From assembly GCA_001780985.1 (NCBI GenBank), contig MFJV01000001.1:694579-758578 (forward strand): a stretch of 64,000 bases of DNA, in the 5' to 3' direction. Positions 27,368 to 36,080 of the stretch are shown here, in pieces. The stretch is from Candidatus Gottesmanbacteria bacterium RIFCSPLOWO2_01_FULL_43_11b. Its GTDB lineage: Bacteria > Patescibacteriota > Microgenomatia > UBA10105 > UBA927. The position numbers and the translations under genes are program-made. The notes below the pieces were generated by a model. That model made no database searches, was not told the DNA's origin, and saw nothing but the letters and a program-made list of their open reading frames with translations. Positions within the stretch are counted from its first letter, which is position 1; every line of letters begins with the position of its first letter.

Positions 27368-28648
27368 ATGAAGGTGAGAACCCGCATCGCACCGTCACCA
27401 ACAGGTGAAGATCTCCATATTGGTAACGCCTACACAGCGCTTATAAATTACGTATTTGCAAAAAAAAATAAGGGCTCGTTTATTATTCGGATTGAAGATA
27501 CGGATCGATCCCGTCTAGTTGAAGGATCAGAAAATCGCATACTAAGTTCATTAAAGTGGTTGGGGATACATCATGACGAAGGGCCATTTCGTCAATCAGA
27601 ACGACTCAACTTGTACAAAAGACATGCGGAAGAGCTCGTTGCAAAGGGTCATGCCTACTACTGCGTTTGTACCCCGGATCGTCTGAATGAGATGCGGAAA
27701 AAACAAGAAGTGAATCATCAACCACCCATGTATGATGGGCGCTGTAGGGAGCTTAAGCTTACCAACGGCTCTACCATCCGACTAAAAGTTCCTAAAAGCG
27801 GCACGACAACATTTCATGACGTTATACGGGGAGACATTCAATTCGAAAATAAACTCATCGATGATCAGGTAATCATCAAGTCTGACGGATACCCTACATA
27901 TCACCTTGGTGTTGTTGTCGATGACCATCTTATGGAAATCTCTCATATTATACGCGGGGAAGAGTGGATTTCTTCAACACCAAAGCATATATTGCTCTAT
28001 CAATTCTTCGGATGGACGCTGCCAGTGTATGCACACATGCCACTCCTTCGTAATCCGGATAAAAGTAAATTAAGTAAAAGAAAAAATCCCGTATGGGTGT
28101 CATGGTTTCGTGAACAAGGATTTTTACCGGAAGCAATAAGAAATTATCTTGCCACTCTCGCTTGGGCACATCCTGACGGAAAAGAAATATTTTCAACAGA
28201 AGAAATGATACGGGTATTTAATCTCGAATCCATTCAGACAACTGCACCAGTTTTTGACACAGAAAAACTAAAATGGATGAATGGCAAATATCTAAAAGAA
28301 GAGTATGTAGTTGAATATTACAAAGATAAATACTCTAAAGAAAAAATTAAACTTATTTGGCCATTGGTTAAAGAAAGAATGAAGTTGTTATCCGAATTTG
28401 AATCGCTTGCCGGATTTTTCTTTATACGGCCTCCGAAAAAAGAAATTCGAAAAGAAGTACGAGATGCATTAGGTTCGTGTGAATGGAACCATGATGTTAT
28501 GGAAAAAGCTATTCGATCGGTTACCGGTAAAGAGGCAAAAGATGCGTTTATGGAACTTCGGGTTGCAGTAACCGGTAAAACCGTCGGCCCGCCACTTTTG
28601 GAATCACTTGAGATTTTGGGGAGAGAGGAAACCCTTGCAAGATTATAA
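27368..28648 (+). CDS. gltX: glutamate--tRNA ligase (short form)
   Basis: Class I HIGH (PSPTGEDLHIGNA) and KMSKS (KLSKRKN). Confidence 0.9.
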   Translation: MKVRTRIAPSPTGEDLHIGNAYTALINYVFAKKNKGSFIIRIEDTDRSRLVEGSENRILSSLKWLGIHHDEGPFRQSERLNLYKRHAEELVAKGHAYYCVCTPDRLNEMRKKQEVNHQPPMYDGRCRELKLTNGSTIRLKVPKSGTTTFHDVIRGDIQFENKLIDDQVIIKSDGYPTYHLGVVVDDHLMEISHIIRGEEWISSTPKHILLYQFFGWTLPVYAHMPLLRNPDKSKLSKRKNPVWVSWFREQGFLPEAIRNYLATLAWAHPDGKEIFSTEEMIRVFNLESIQTTAPVFDTEKLKWMNGKYLKEEYVVEYYKDKYSKEKIKLIWPLVKERMKLLSEFESLAGFFFIRPPKKEIRKEVRDALGSCEWNHDVMEKAIRSVTGKEAKDAFMELRVAVTGKTVGPPLLESLEILGREETLARL

Positions 28649-28670
28649 CATCTCCGAAAGGATGATATAT

Positions 28671-28693
28671 CAGCATTCAATTCTTGAATGCTG
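28671..28693. terminator. bidirectional terminator hairpin CAGCATTCAA-ttc-TTGAATGCTG between convergent gltX and era
   Basis: A perfect 10-bp stem read directly. Both flanks are AT-rich. Confidence 0.6.
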
Positions 28694-29566
28694 TTATAAA
28701 TATTCCATCCAATGGGGATCAGTCTCCACAGTAAGGTCGAGGAAAACTTTTTTGTTTGCTGCTGTTTCAAGCTCTTTTCTTGCAGCCATACTTATTTCCT
28801 TTATCATCGCACCTCCCTTACCTATAATCATGGCTTTATAGCGATCGGCAGAAGTAAGAATTCTCGCTTTCATATAAACTGCCCCTTTTTTCCGTTCAAT
28901 GACGTCATCAACGACAACAGTAAGCGTATATGGGAGTTCTCTTCGCAAGAATAAAAACGCTTTCTCCCTAATAATTTCAGCAATAAACAATTTACTGTCG
29001 ATATTGAGTGCGGGTTGAGCTAATTCTTGTGCGTTCACCTGCGGTTTGCCGTGAGGCAGATAGGAAAAAATTGTGTCGAGGAGTATATTGAGATTCTTAC
29101 GGGCGAGAGCGGAAATTTCAACCGTCGCATTAAATTCTTCTTCCATGAATTTATATTGGACGATATGAGTCGGCGTTCTCACGTCAATTTTATTGATAAC
29201 GAGAATTTTAGGAACGGTAACTTTACGTACGATACCAAGCGCTTTATTTTCTTCAAAATCGCGTTCTCGTGTATGATCAATCATGTAGAGAACGATATTA
29301 ATATTTCCCTCCAAAGATTCCTCTGTCCGAATATTTATGCGTTTAGCCATCGTATCACTCACTTTTCCAAAAATACCGGGAGTATCGACAAAAATAATTT
29401 GACCGCGCTTGTCTTCATACACTGCCTGAATGGGGAAGCGGGTGGTTTGAGGTTTTGGAGACGTAATTGACACTTTTTGACCTAAAATATTATTAAGAAG
29501 CGTTGATTTTCCCACGTTAGGTCTGCCAATAAGCGCAACAATACCTGCTTTTTTTTCATTTACCAT
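28694..29566 (-). CDS. era: GTPase Era
   Basis: G1 GRPNVGKST, G3 DTPG, G4 NKID, and a C-terminal KH domain (IIGKGGAMIKEI). I trimmed the start to Met 29566. Confidence 0.9.
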   Translation of the reverse strand: MVNEKKAGIVALIGRPNVGKSTLLNNILGQKVSITSPKPQTTRFPIQAVYEDKRGQIIFVDTPGIFGKVSDTMAKRINIRTEESLEGNINIVLYMIDHTRERDFEENKALGIVRKVTVPKILVINKIDVRTPTHIVQYKFMEEEFNATVEISALARKNLNILLDTIFSYLPHGKPQVNAQELAQPALNIDSKLFIAEIIREKAFLFLRRELPYTLTVVVDDVIERKKGAVYMKARILTSADRYKAMIIGKGGAMIKEISMAARKELETAANKKVFLDLTVETDPHWMEYL

Positions 29567-29637
29567 AGTTTTGATTGTACCATAGAATGGAGATAAAACT
29601 TGACACACTATTGTCATCTATGTAACGATAGTTACGC

Positions 29638-30252
29638 ATGAAGTTTCTCCTTGCACCACTTATTTTCCTCGTTTTAATCGGAAGCGTCTTTGCTAAACCG
29701 GGTACAGGGGAAATTCGTCGAGAAACAGCACAGATTAACAAAGAAAATCGTTTGGCATCGATATCCGCGCGAAAAGCAGAACGGATGGCCTCGATGGCAG
29801 CAATTCGCGACGAGAAAAAAAAGCAAATACTGGCGCGGATTGAGGATAAACTCAATCAAATTAACCAGCGCAGAACAGATCATTTTTTGAAAGTTTTGGA
29901 GAGACTTCGTGAGATTCTTGCAAAAATTGAGTCCCGAACGGATCGGGCGGAATCTAACGGAAAGAATGTTGCAAGCGTTCGAACCGCAATAGTTGCTGCG
30001 GAAACTGCAATAGATGCGGCAGAAGAAGCAGTGAACACTCAGGCAGGTAAAATCTATGAACTTACCGTAGATGATGAGACGACAGCGCGAAGTGATGTTG
30101 GAGAAACAATGACAGGGCTTCAGGAAGATTTGAAAGACGTATGGCAAGAAGTACAGGATGCAAGAGCTGCAGTATTCGCAGCATTACGGGCTTTGGTCTC
30201 TATCGTTGGTAATGATGGTGGTACGGCAACACCGTCGGCTACACCGACCTAA
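29638..30252 (+). CDS. hypothetical secreted coiled-coil protein
   Basis: A signal peptide (MKFLLAPLIFLVLIGSVFA), a helical Ala/Glu/Arg-rich body, and a TPSATPT tail. Confidence 0.5.
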   Translation: MKFLLAPLIFLVLIGSVFAKPGTGEIRRETAQINKENRLASISARKAERMASMAAIRDEKKKQILARIEDKLNQINQRRTDHFLKVLERLREILAKIESRTDRAESNGKNVASVRTAIVAAETAIDAAEEAVNTQAGKIYELTVDDETTARSDVGETMTGLQEDLKDVWQEVQDARAAVFAALRALVSIVGNDGGTATPSATPT

Positions 30253-30257
30253 AAAAT

Positions 30258-30482
30258 ATGAAACAAAGTTTCATCATAATTATTATTGCAATCGCAGCAG
30301 TTGTCTTTTATGCGCTCTGGTCATCAGGGAAACTTCCCGGAATGATATCGGAATCAGAACCTCTCCCGACGTTAACCACAACGGACAATACCGGTGATAT
30401 TGAACAAGATCTCAATAATCTTACTGTTACGGCAGAAGATGAAGGTTTCACCGAAATTCAATCTGACTTGGGCGGCCTCTAA
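30258..30482 (+). CDS. hypothetical small membrane-anchored protein (74 aa)
   Basis: A TM (IIIIIAIAAVVFYALW) plus an acidic tail. Its 3' end overlaps the likely glycosylase start, so one of the two start calls is wrong. Confidence 0.3.
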   Translation: MKQSFIIIIIAIAAVVFYALWSSGKLPGMISESEPLPTLTTTDNTGDIEQDLNNLTVTAEDEGFTEIQSDLGGL

Positions 30483-31230
30483 ATTTCAGGATTATATTTT
30501 TTCTTGGTGGCAATATCATAAGCGGGATCTTCCGTGGCGCCGTACTTATGATCCCTATAAAATCCTTGTTTCCGAAGTTATGCTTCAGCAAACCCAAGTC
30601 GAGCGGGTACTACCGAAATACGACGAATTCCTTTATTTTTTTCCTGATGTCTATACACTTGCCCGTGCAACACCAGCGAAAGTTCTGAAACTCTGGCGGG
30701 GGATGGGGTACAACAGGAGAGCATTGTATCTGCGAAAAGCAGCGCAAAAAATTATTGAACTCCATCGCGGATATTTTCCGGAAAATGAATCAGATCTCGT
30801 GAAACTGCCGGGAGTGGGTACATATACTGCTCGAGCAATATTAGTGTTCGCTTACAAGAAAGATATCGCAATGGTCGATACAAATATTCGAAAAATCATC
30901 ACACACTTTTTCTTCAACGGAATATTTCAAAAAGAGAACGTTATACTGCAAGTTGCTGATAAGTTATTACCCAAAGGTCGATCGTGGGAATGGCACCAGG
31001 CACTCATGGATTATGGAAGCCAGGTAAGAGGTACAAACGGAAAGAAACAAAAACCGTTCAAAAATTCCAATCGTTATTTTCGCGGAAGGGTAGTTGATAG
31101 ACTGAGGGAAGGAGCAATTACCGAGAAAGATTTAAACGTAAAACCACAAATAATTGAAAGTCTCATTCGAGACGGACTCGTTGTTCGGGGGAAAGATAAT
31201 ATGTTACGATTACCCGATGCTAAAACTTGA
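30439..31230 (+). CDS. HhH-GPD DNA glycosylase (MutY/EndoIII-like) lacking the C-terminal 4Fe-4S cysteine cluster
   Basis: WWQYHKRDLPWR...YKILVSEVMLQQTQVERV...LPGVGTYTARAILVFAY...AMVDTNIRKII. The catalytic Asp is present. Tyr replaces the EndoIII lyase Lys. The C-terminal 80 aa contain no cysteine. Start at ATG 30439 is my choice among options. Confidence 0.7.
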   Translation: MKVSPKFNLTWAASKFQDYIFSWWQYHKRDLPWRRTYDPYKILVSEVMLQQTQVERVLPKYDEFLYFFPDVYTLARATPAKVLKLWRGMGYNRRALYLRKAAQKIIELHRGYFPENESDLVKLPGVGTYTARAILVFAYKKDIAMVDTNIRKIITHFFFNGIFQKENVILQVADKLLPKGRSWEWHQALMDYGSQVRGTNGKKQKPFKNSNRYFRGRVVDRLREGAITEKDLNVKPQIIESLIRDGLVVRGKDNMLRLPDAKT

Positions 31231-31840
31231 TCTTCTCGTTTCCATCTACATATTTTGTATTGCGGCTGCCGAGCTTATGGGAGCAAAGACAATTCCCCTC
31301 ATGAAACTCGGGACATACCAGCTCAATGCAAGTGTAGCTCTTTTAGTCATTCCGGTTATATTTAGCATCAATGATATTGTGAGTGAAGTTTATGGAAAAG
31401 AGCGGGCGAGGAGCATTGTGCGATCCGGAATTATTGTTGTAGCACTCATCCTCTTATTTTCGCTTTTGGCAACAAATCTTCCTCCATCTACCCGATTTGA
31501 AATGCGGGAGGCAGCGTATGATCAAATTTTTGGATTATCAGCGCGAATCGCAGCTGCGAGTCTGACTGCTTTTACCATTGCAGAATTTCTCGATGTATTT
31601 TTGTTTGCAAAAATTAGGCAACTTTTCGGTAAAAAAAGACTCTGGCTCCGTAATAATGTATCAAATATTATCTCGCAGTTTGTTGATACTACGGTTTTTA
31701 TGGCTTTAGCTTTTTATGAACCGGGAAACATTGGATTTGTTTGGAGTTTGATCTTGCCATACTGGTTACTCAAATGTTTCATGTCAGTAATTGAAACACC
31801 ATTTGTGTATCTGGGTGTTGCGTGGCTTAAAAAACCATGA
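31217..31840 (+). CDS. queuosine-precursor transporter (YhhQ/DUF165 family)
   Basis: A polytopic membrane protein with the YhhQ-like conserved stretch PVIFSINDIVSEVYGKERAR. I trimmed the start to Met 31217. Confidence 0.7.
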   Translation: MLKLDLLVSIYIFCIAAAELMGAKTIPLMKLGTYQLNASVALLVIPVIFSINDIVSEVYGKERARSIVRSGIIVVALILLFSLLATNLPPSTRFEMREAAYDQIFGLSARIAAASLTAFTIAEFLDVFLFAKIRQLFGKKRLWLRNNVSNIISQFVDTTVFMALAFYEPGNIGFVWSLILPYWLLKCFMSVIETPFVYLGVAWLKKP

Positions 31841-32352
31841 AGATTATTTTAATGTTCGTATCATCGCTTGATGGAAAAATTACAAAAGATGATGATCCTG
31901 AAGTAACTCATTGGAGTTCGAAAGAAGATCAAGCGTTATTTTCGCGCATTAAAAATAAAAGCAGTCTTCTTGTGATGGGAAGAAAAACATATGAAGCAGC
32001 GCACATACAATTGAAACCGGGAATACTGCGTATCGTCCTCACCCATAATCCTCAAAAGGGTGTGCCTGGGATACTTGAGTTTACGGATGAAACTCCAAGA
32101 GAGCTCGTCAATCGTTTGAAAAATAAATATAAACAGATGCTTCTTCTTGGTGGAAGCGACATCGCAACGCAATTTTTCAAAGAAAAACTTATTGATGAAG
32201 TTTGGTTAACAATTGAGCCAGAAATTTTTGGCAAGGGGACACCAATCGTTACAGACGAATCACCGAACGTCTCCCTCAAACTCATCTCCCTCCGCCGTCT
32301 CAACCCCCACGGCACCCTCCACGTACGTTATGAGGTGATTGAACGAAGTTAG
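31837..32352 (+). CDS. dihydrofolate reductase family protein (RibD C-terminal domain type)
   Basis: MKIILMFVSSLDGKI...LLVMGRKTYE...LLLGGSDIATQF matches the PF01872 pattern. Confidence 0.7.
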   Translation: MKIILMFVSSLDGKITKDDDPEVTHWSSKEDQALFSRIKNKSSLLVMGRKTYEAAHIQLKPGILRIVLTHNPQKGVPGILEFTDETPRELVNRLKNKYKQMLLLGGSDIATQFFKEKLIDEVWLTIEPEIFGKGTPIVTDESPNVSLKLISLRRLNPHGTLHVRYEVIERS

Positions 32353-32392
32353 CTGGCACTGGTTGACTCTGTGGGAACTTTTTATTCAAAGA

Positions 32393-32668
32393 TTACACAA
32401 AAGCAGAAATGGCAGTTACAATACCTAAAAGTAATGCTAGAAGATTTGGAGCCAGTAAAAACCAATCTTTTCTTCCATAAGCATATAAACTCCAAAAGAA
32501 TCCATTAAGGGAAGTTGCAAGCGGTTGAATAAATATATCGCTTTTTCCTTGAATGTTTGAGTTAAATACTTCAACTAGCGAAATAAACATTATTATGGCT
32601 AAAAATGAAGCAATACTACCTATAATTTTCTCATTTTTCTTGAGAGTTATTTGAAAAGAGTTTTTCAC
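32393..32668 (-). CDS. small 3-TM membrane protein, possibly SemiSWEET/PQ-loop-like
   Basis: It is 91 aa with three hydrophobic helices. Similarity to SemiSWEET is weak. A leaderless-type promoter TTGTAA(16 nt)TAAGAT ends a few nt before the ATG. Confidence 0.45.
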   Translation of the reverse strand: MKNSFQITLKKNEKIIGSIASFLAIIMFISLVEVFNSNIQGKSDIFIQPLATSLNGFFWSLYAYGRKDWFLLAPNLLALLLGIVTAISAFV

Positions 32669-32730
32669 ATCAATATCTTAGCATATTGCTGGGGGTTTAC
32701 AAAAAATGTCGAATTTCCTTTGATTAGCTC

Positions 32731-32822
32731 GGCCTTCGGCCTCGCTTGCTCCGGCGCGGCGCCCCCACCCGCCGCGCCTTCGCTATTTTTTGCGCGCGCG
32801 ATTTTCTCGCCCTTCGGGCGAG
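32731..32822. other. GC-rich island with three stable stem-loops in an AT-rich intergenic region (candidate small RNA)
   Basis: GGCCttcGGCC (32731-32741). GGCGCGGCG-cccccacc-CGCCGCGCC (32753-32778). A (GC)4 run at 32792-32800. CTCGCC-C(UUCG)G-GGCGAG (32806-32822), followed by a T-rich tract. Confidence 0.3.
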
Positions 32823-32886
32823 TAAAGAATTTATTTTAGTTTTCCTTGCCCCACCCACCCGTGCGCAGAAAAGTTTTTCACTCCCT

Positions 32887-33786
32887 TTATTTATAAATTA
32901 GGTAGAGTCCAATCACCATTAGGAAAATAGCTATTGCTTTAATACCCAAAACGCTTTTACTCAATTCTTCTTTAAGTATTTTTGGCAGCCAAATAGAAAA
33001 CAGTACAGCATAAATTAGTACAAATACGCTCTGAAATCCCCTAAAGACACTTATGAGACTAGCCGGACCAGACGTTAGGGCCCAAAAGCCGCTAAGTGAA
33101 GCTGTAGCTACAAAAAACATGGCTAATACTAGTAATGTCCAACCCGCTGGTTTCAAATCTGAAAGATTTCTAGTAAACCTATCTCTGAAATTAGATATAA
33201 GCAAAAGTAGTATCGGGGTGGGGATAAACTCGCCGAAACCAAGATATACCGTTAAATCCCAAAATGGGTAAGTGACATACAAAGATTTCAAGATTACTAC
33301 CTGGACTGCATAAATTAGACTGGATAAAACCATCCACCAGAACGCACTTCTTAACTTAAATACACCCTCTGCTTTTTGAAGAGAAATTAAAAAACCACCT
33401 ACCAAAATCAACACAAAAGCAAAATAATAAGATATTGTTAGTACCTCTCCCAAAAACAAAAAAGAAAATACTAAAACAAAAGGTGGGGTAAATTGAAATA
33501 AAGGTATCACTCGAGATATTTCTTCTTTGGAGATAGCCTGATAGAAGGCAAAAACGGCAACTATTTGAAAGGCGCCCGCAAATATTGCTAGTGCCGTTGG
33601 GTTAAAACCTATCCACTCTAAACCATTAAATATGATAATGGCAATTGAAAGAAATAGCGCAGAAATACCAGCAGTTAAAGTTAAAACAACAGGGTCTTTA
33701 AGATACTTTCCGATTAATAATTTATCTACAATATTATCTGCTGCCCATAAAACTCTAGACAAAAGAGCAAAAATTACCCAGTTCAT
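32887..33786 (-). CDS. DMT superfamily (EamA-type) transporter
   Basis: Ten TM helices arranged as two EamA repeats. Confidence 0.8.
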   Translation of the reverse strand: MNWVIFALLSRVLWAADNIVDKLLIGKYLKDPVVLTLTAGISALFLSIAIIIFNGLEWIGFNPTALAIFAGAFQIVAVFAFYQAISKEEISRVIPLFQFTPPFVLVFSFLFLGEVLTISYYFAFVLILVGGFLISLQKAEGVFKLRSAFWWMVLSSLIYAVQVVILKSLYVTYPFWDLTVYLGFGEFIPTPILLLLISNFRDRFTRNLSDLKPAGWTLLVLAMFFVATASLSGFWALTSGPASLISVFRGFQSVFVLIYAVLFSIWLPKILKEELSKSVLGIKAIAIFLMVIGLYLIYK

Positions 33787-33893
33787 TCTTCAATCATATC
33801 AATTTTCTGGTTGCTTGAGAAGGAAAAAGTATTGTATTAATTCTGGGAATTTTGTATATTGAAATTGGACTCAGCAGTTATAGAAATCGCTTT

Positions 33894-33960
33894 TTTGAGT
33901 GGCGCAATCGGACAACAGAAAGCGATTTCTTGTTGAGTCCACCGGTTGCGCCATTTGAGT
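33894..33960. repeat. inverted repeat GGCGCAA...TTGCGCC enclosing a GNRA(GCGA)-capped hairpin, flanked by TTGAGT direct repeats
   Basis: ttttttGAGT-GGCGCAAtcggaCAACAGAAAgcgaTTTCTTGTTGagtccaccggTTGCGCC-atTTGAGT. It is preceded by TTGTAT(16 nt)TATATT (33833-33860). Confidence 0.3.
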
Positions 33961-34047
33961 TAATAAAAAGTTCTTTAAAATTTTTGCGTTTTTTCTTCCT
34001 TCTTTTTCCAGCGGCTGTCCGCAAATTTCAAAAAAGGCGGATTTGAC

Positions 34048-34079
34048 GCGCTTTCCGCGGAGGCGGGCGCGGAAAGCGC
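34048..34079 (-). terminator. 12-bp GC hairpin GCGCTTTCCGCG-gaggcggg-CGCGGAAAGCGC, 29 nt downstream of the tRNA-Gln 3' end
   Basis: Read directly. The downstream T-tract on the minus strand is not contiguous (gtcaaatccgccTTTTTT). Confidence 0.4.
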
Positions 34080-34107
34080 TACCTCCCAACCTCTTTCTTC
34101 TCTTTAC

Positions 34108-34181
34108 TGGCTGCGGGGCTTGGATTCGAACCAAGATAACATCCTCCAGAGGGATGTGTACTACCGTTATACGACCCCGCA
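34108..34181 (-). tRNA. tRNA-Gln (anticodon CTG), U1-A72, CCA encoded
   Basis: Hand-folded. Acceptor UGCGGGG/CCCCGCA, a 3-bp D stem, anticodon stem CATCC/GGATG, loop CUCUGGA, T arm CTTGG-TTCGAAT-CCAAG, then G-CCA. U1-A72 is typical of bacterial tRNA-Gln. Confidence 0.8.
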
Positions 34182-34246
34182 AATACTCGTTACAGCCTCC
34201 ATTATACCCGATTTTGGAGTATAATTTCCTAAATTTCTATATTTTC

Positions 34247-34768
34247 ATGACAGATTCGAAATCAGTTAAAGTAATGCAAAATATTGATCAAGCCATTGAG
34301 GTAATGCGTGATGCGGGTAAGTGGTTAGCCGAGAGCGGTAAAAATCCCTCTGAGTGGTGGAAGTTAGAAAATCTCAATTCGGAGTTTCTTTTGCAGTACG
34401 CCAAACCGGAGGAATTTTACGTAGCAACAGTCGATGATAAACCTGCAGCAGCAGCCATTTTGCAGTTTACTCAAACCGGTCAAGATTGGCAGAACGTTGA
34501 CAAAGATTTTCTTCAGCCTGCTTTATATATCCACTGGCTTTGTGTCCACCGTGACTTTGCAGGAAAAAATTTACCTAAGATAATGATAGAGTTTGCGGAA
34601 AAGCTTGCTCAGAAAAATGACGTGAAATTGTTGCGAGTAGATACCAACGCAGAGGAAATGAAGCTAAGAAACATGTATGAAAAACTTGGTTTTGAGTTAA
34701 TAATTATTATGAAAGAAGACTATAGAAAAACTGCTTTGTACCAGAAAAGAGTAAAATGGGGAGTATAA
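34247..34768 (+). CDS. GNAT family N-acetyltransferase
   Basis: HWLCVHRDFAGKNLPKIMIEFAEKLA is an acetyl-CoA binding motif. I trimmed the start to Met 34247, after tRNA-Gln. TATAAT at 34219-34224. Confidence 0.7.
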   Translation: MTDSKSVKVMQNIDQAIEVMRDAGKWLAESGKNPSEWWKLENLNSEFLLQYAKPEEFYVATVDDKPAAAAILQFTQTGQDWQNVDKDFLQPALYIHWLCVHRDFAGKNLPKIMIEFAEKLAQKNDVKLLRVDTNAEEMKLRNMYEKLGFELIIIMKEDYRKTALYQKRVKWGV

Positions 34769-34772
34769 CAAA

Positions 34773-35243
34773 ATGGACAAACACGCACTAAAGAAATTTC
34801 TCATTGCCTGCAACAAAGCCGGGTATGCGGGAGGGGAAGAGAAGAAGTGGATTAAAGAAAGAGACGGATCGACGACGATTCCGTTTAAACTTGGGGATTG
34901 TGAGTCACATGATAATTTTTTTGGTGGTGAACCGTATGGAGGAAGAACGGTTGTTTCATACAAAGGAAAGCCTGTTTGGATCATGGTGTATTATGGCTGG
35001 GTTGCCGAAGGAATACAAACAGATCCGGTCTATAAAATTCTTCGAGGAGCTTTGATGAGAATGCCCGAAGACACCCCATTTCGAGGCCCAAAACAATATA
35101 CAGAAGGTACATTAACGTATGATAATAAGTGGATCGGTGACGTCGACAGATTCTCAGGCGAGGAACGTATTACAGAGAGTGAAAAACTTATCTACAAAGC
35201 AAACTATATGGGTGGATGGGTAGATAAAAGAGGTGGAGTGTAA
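34773..35243 (+). CDS. hypothetical protein (DUF5680-like, uncertain)
   Basis: FLIACNKAGYAGGEEKKW...FFGGEPYGGRTVVSYKGKPVWIMVYYGW. The family assignment is from memory only. Confidence 0.45.
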   Translation: MDKHALKKFLIACNKAGYAGGEEKKWIKERDGSTTIPFKLGDCESHDNFFGGEPYGGRTVVSYKGKPVWIMVYYGWVAEGIQTDPVYKILRGALMRMPEDTPFRGPKQYTEGTLTYDNKWIGDVDRFSGEERITESEKLIYKANYMGGWVDKRGGV

Positions 35244-35280
35244 ACGGCCAATTGACATTATGACAAATTTGTCATAATAT

Positions 35281-35577
35281 ATGAATGTAACAGTTGATCA
35301 TCGAGTTAAAAGATTTCTCGATAAATTAAATAAAAAAGAGCGCGCGAAAGCATTTGGATATATCGAGTTTTTTGAAGATTATGGATTTACCTTAGATCAA
35401 AGATATCTTAAAAAAGTCAAAAATCATATTTGGGAGTTACGGCCCGGGAGAATACGATTGTTTGTTTTTGTTAGATCGACATCTCAAATTGTCATTCACG
35501 CATTTATTAAAAAGTCACAAAAAATCAAAAAAGAAGATTTAGTTGTTATAGAACAAAGAGGAAAGGAGTATTTATGA
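35281..35577 (+). CDS. HigB-like toxin (phage Gp49-like, RelE/ParE superfamily)
   Basis: IWELRPGRIRLFVFVRSTSQIVIHAFIKKSQKIKKEDL matches the Gp49/HigB family pattern. It overlaps the downstream XRE gene by 4 nt. Confidence 0.65.
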   Translation: MNVTVDHRVKRFLDKLNKKERAKAFGYIEFFEDYGFTLDQRYLKKVKNHIWELRPGRIRLFVFVRSTSQIVIHAFIKKSQKIKKEDLVVIEQRGKEYL

Positions 35578-35864
35578 AAACTCAAAAAAAATATTATACA
35601 GTTCGAGAACTGAAAACAGAGCTTATGAAAGATCCGGGATTTCGTCGTGAATACGAAAAGCTCGAGCCTGAATTTCAAATTGCACGACAAATAATCGGAG
35701 CAAGATTGAGGAAAAAAATGTCACAAGAAGAGTTGGCAAGACGGGCACGCACCGGCCAGGCAGTTATTTCTCGTCTCGAAGGAATGAATGGTAAACCTTC
35801 TATTTCTCTTTTACAGCGAGTGGCACAAGCTCTCAATACAAAAATTACTGTTGCCATCCAGTAA
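35574..35864 (+). CDS. HigA-like antitoxin, XRE-family HTH
   Basis: The HTH is MSQEELARRARTGQAVISRLE. The toxin-upstream/antitoxin-downstream order is typical of higBA. Confidence 0.65.
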   Translation: MKTQKKYYTVRELKTELMKDPGFRREYEKLEPEFQIARQIIGARLRKKMSQEELARRARTGQAVISRLEGMNGKPSISLLQRVAQALNTKITVAIQ

Positions 35865-35876
35865 TTTCCAAGGAGT

Positions 35877-36080
35877 ATGGACACTACGCATAAACTCAAG
35901 AAACTTAAAGAAAGACTTGCCTATTATGAATCTAAGCTTGCGTTTAAAATGAAGCGGTATCGTGGGGTCATCCACGAGAGTGCATCAAGTGAGATGAAAC
36001 ATCAGGAGGTTATGGTGCTTCGAGCCATGGTCGCTGATCTCAAAAAAGAAATCAGTCAGCTGGAAGAGGGATCAACATGA
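35877..36080 (+). CDS. hypothetical small coiled-coil protein (67 aa)
   Basis: An open frame with heptad-like KLKKLKERLAYYESKLAF...LKKEISQLEE. It overlaps the next tiny ORF as ATGA. Confidence 0.35.
   Translation: MDTTHKLKKLKERLAYYESKLAFKMKRYRGVIHESASSEMKHQEVMVLRAMVADLKKEISQLEEGST

Noticed and set aside
32690-32850. SRP (4.5S) RNA, 6S RNA or tmRNA identity for the GC-rich hairpin cluster; same question for 33787..34107
   Set aside because: The GGAA-capped helix 8 motifs of SRP RNA (AGGUCAGG / AGCAGCC) are absent, as are tmRNA tRNA-like ends. The local GGCGCCCCCACCCGCC resembles the E. coli 4.5S 3' end only by coincidence of a G/C run. The identity is left open.
33871-34246. ORF 33871..34182 (-) and the first 68 codons of ORF 34043..34768 (+)
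   Set aside because: Both run through tRNA-Gln and the GC hairpin. They have arginine-rich low-complexity translations typical of GC-rich structured RNA read as protein. The GNAT similarity starts at Met 34247.
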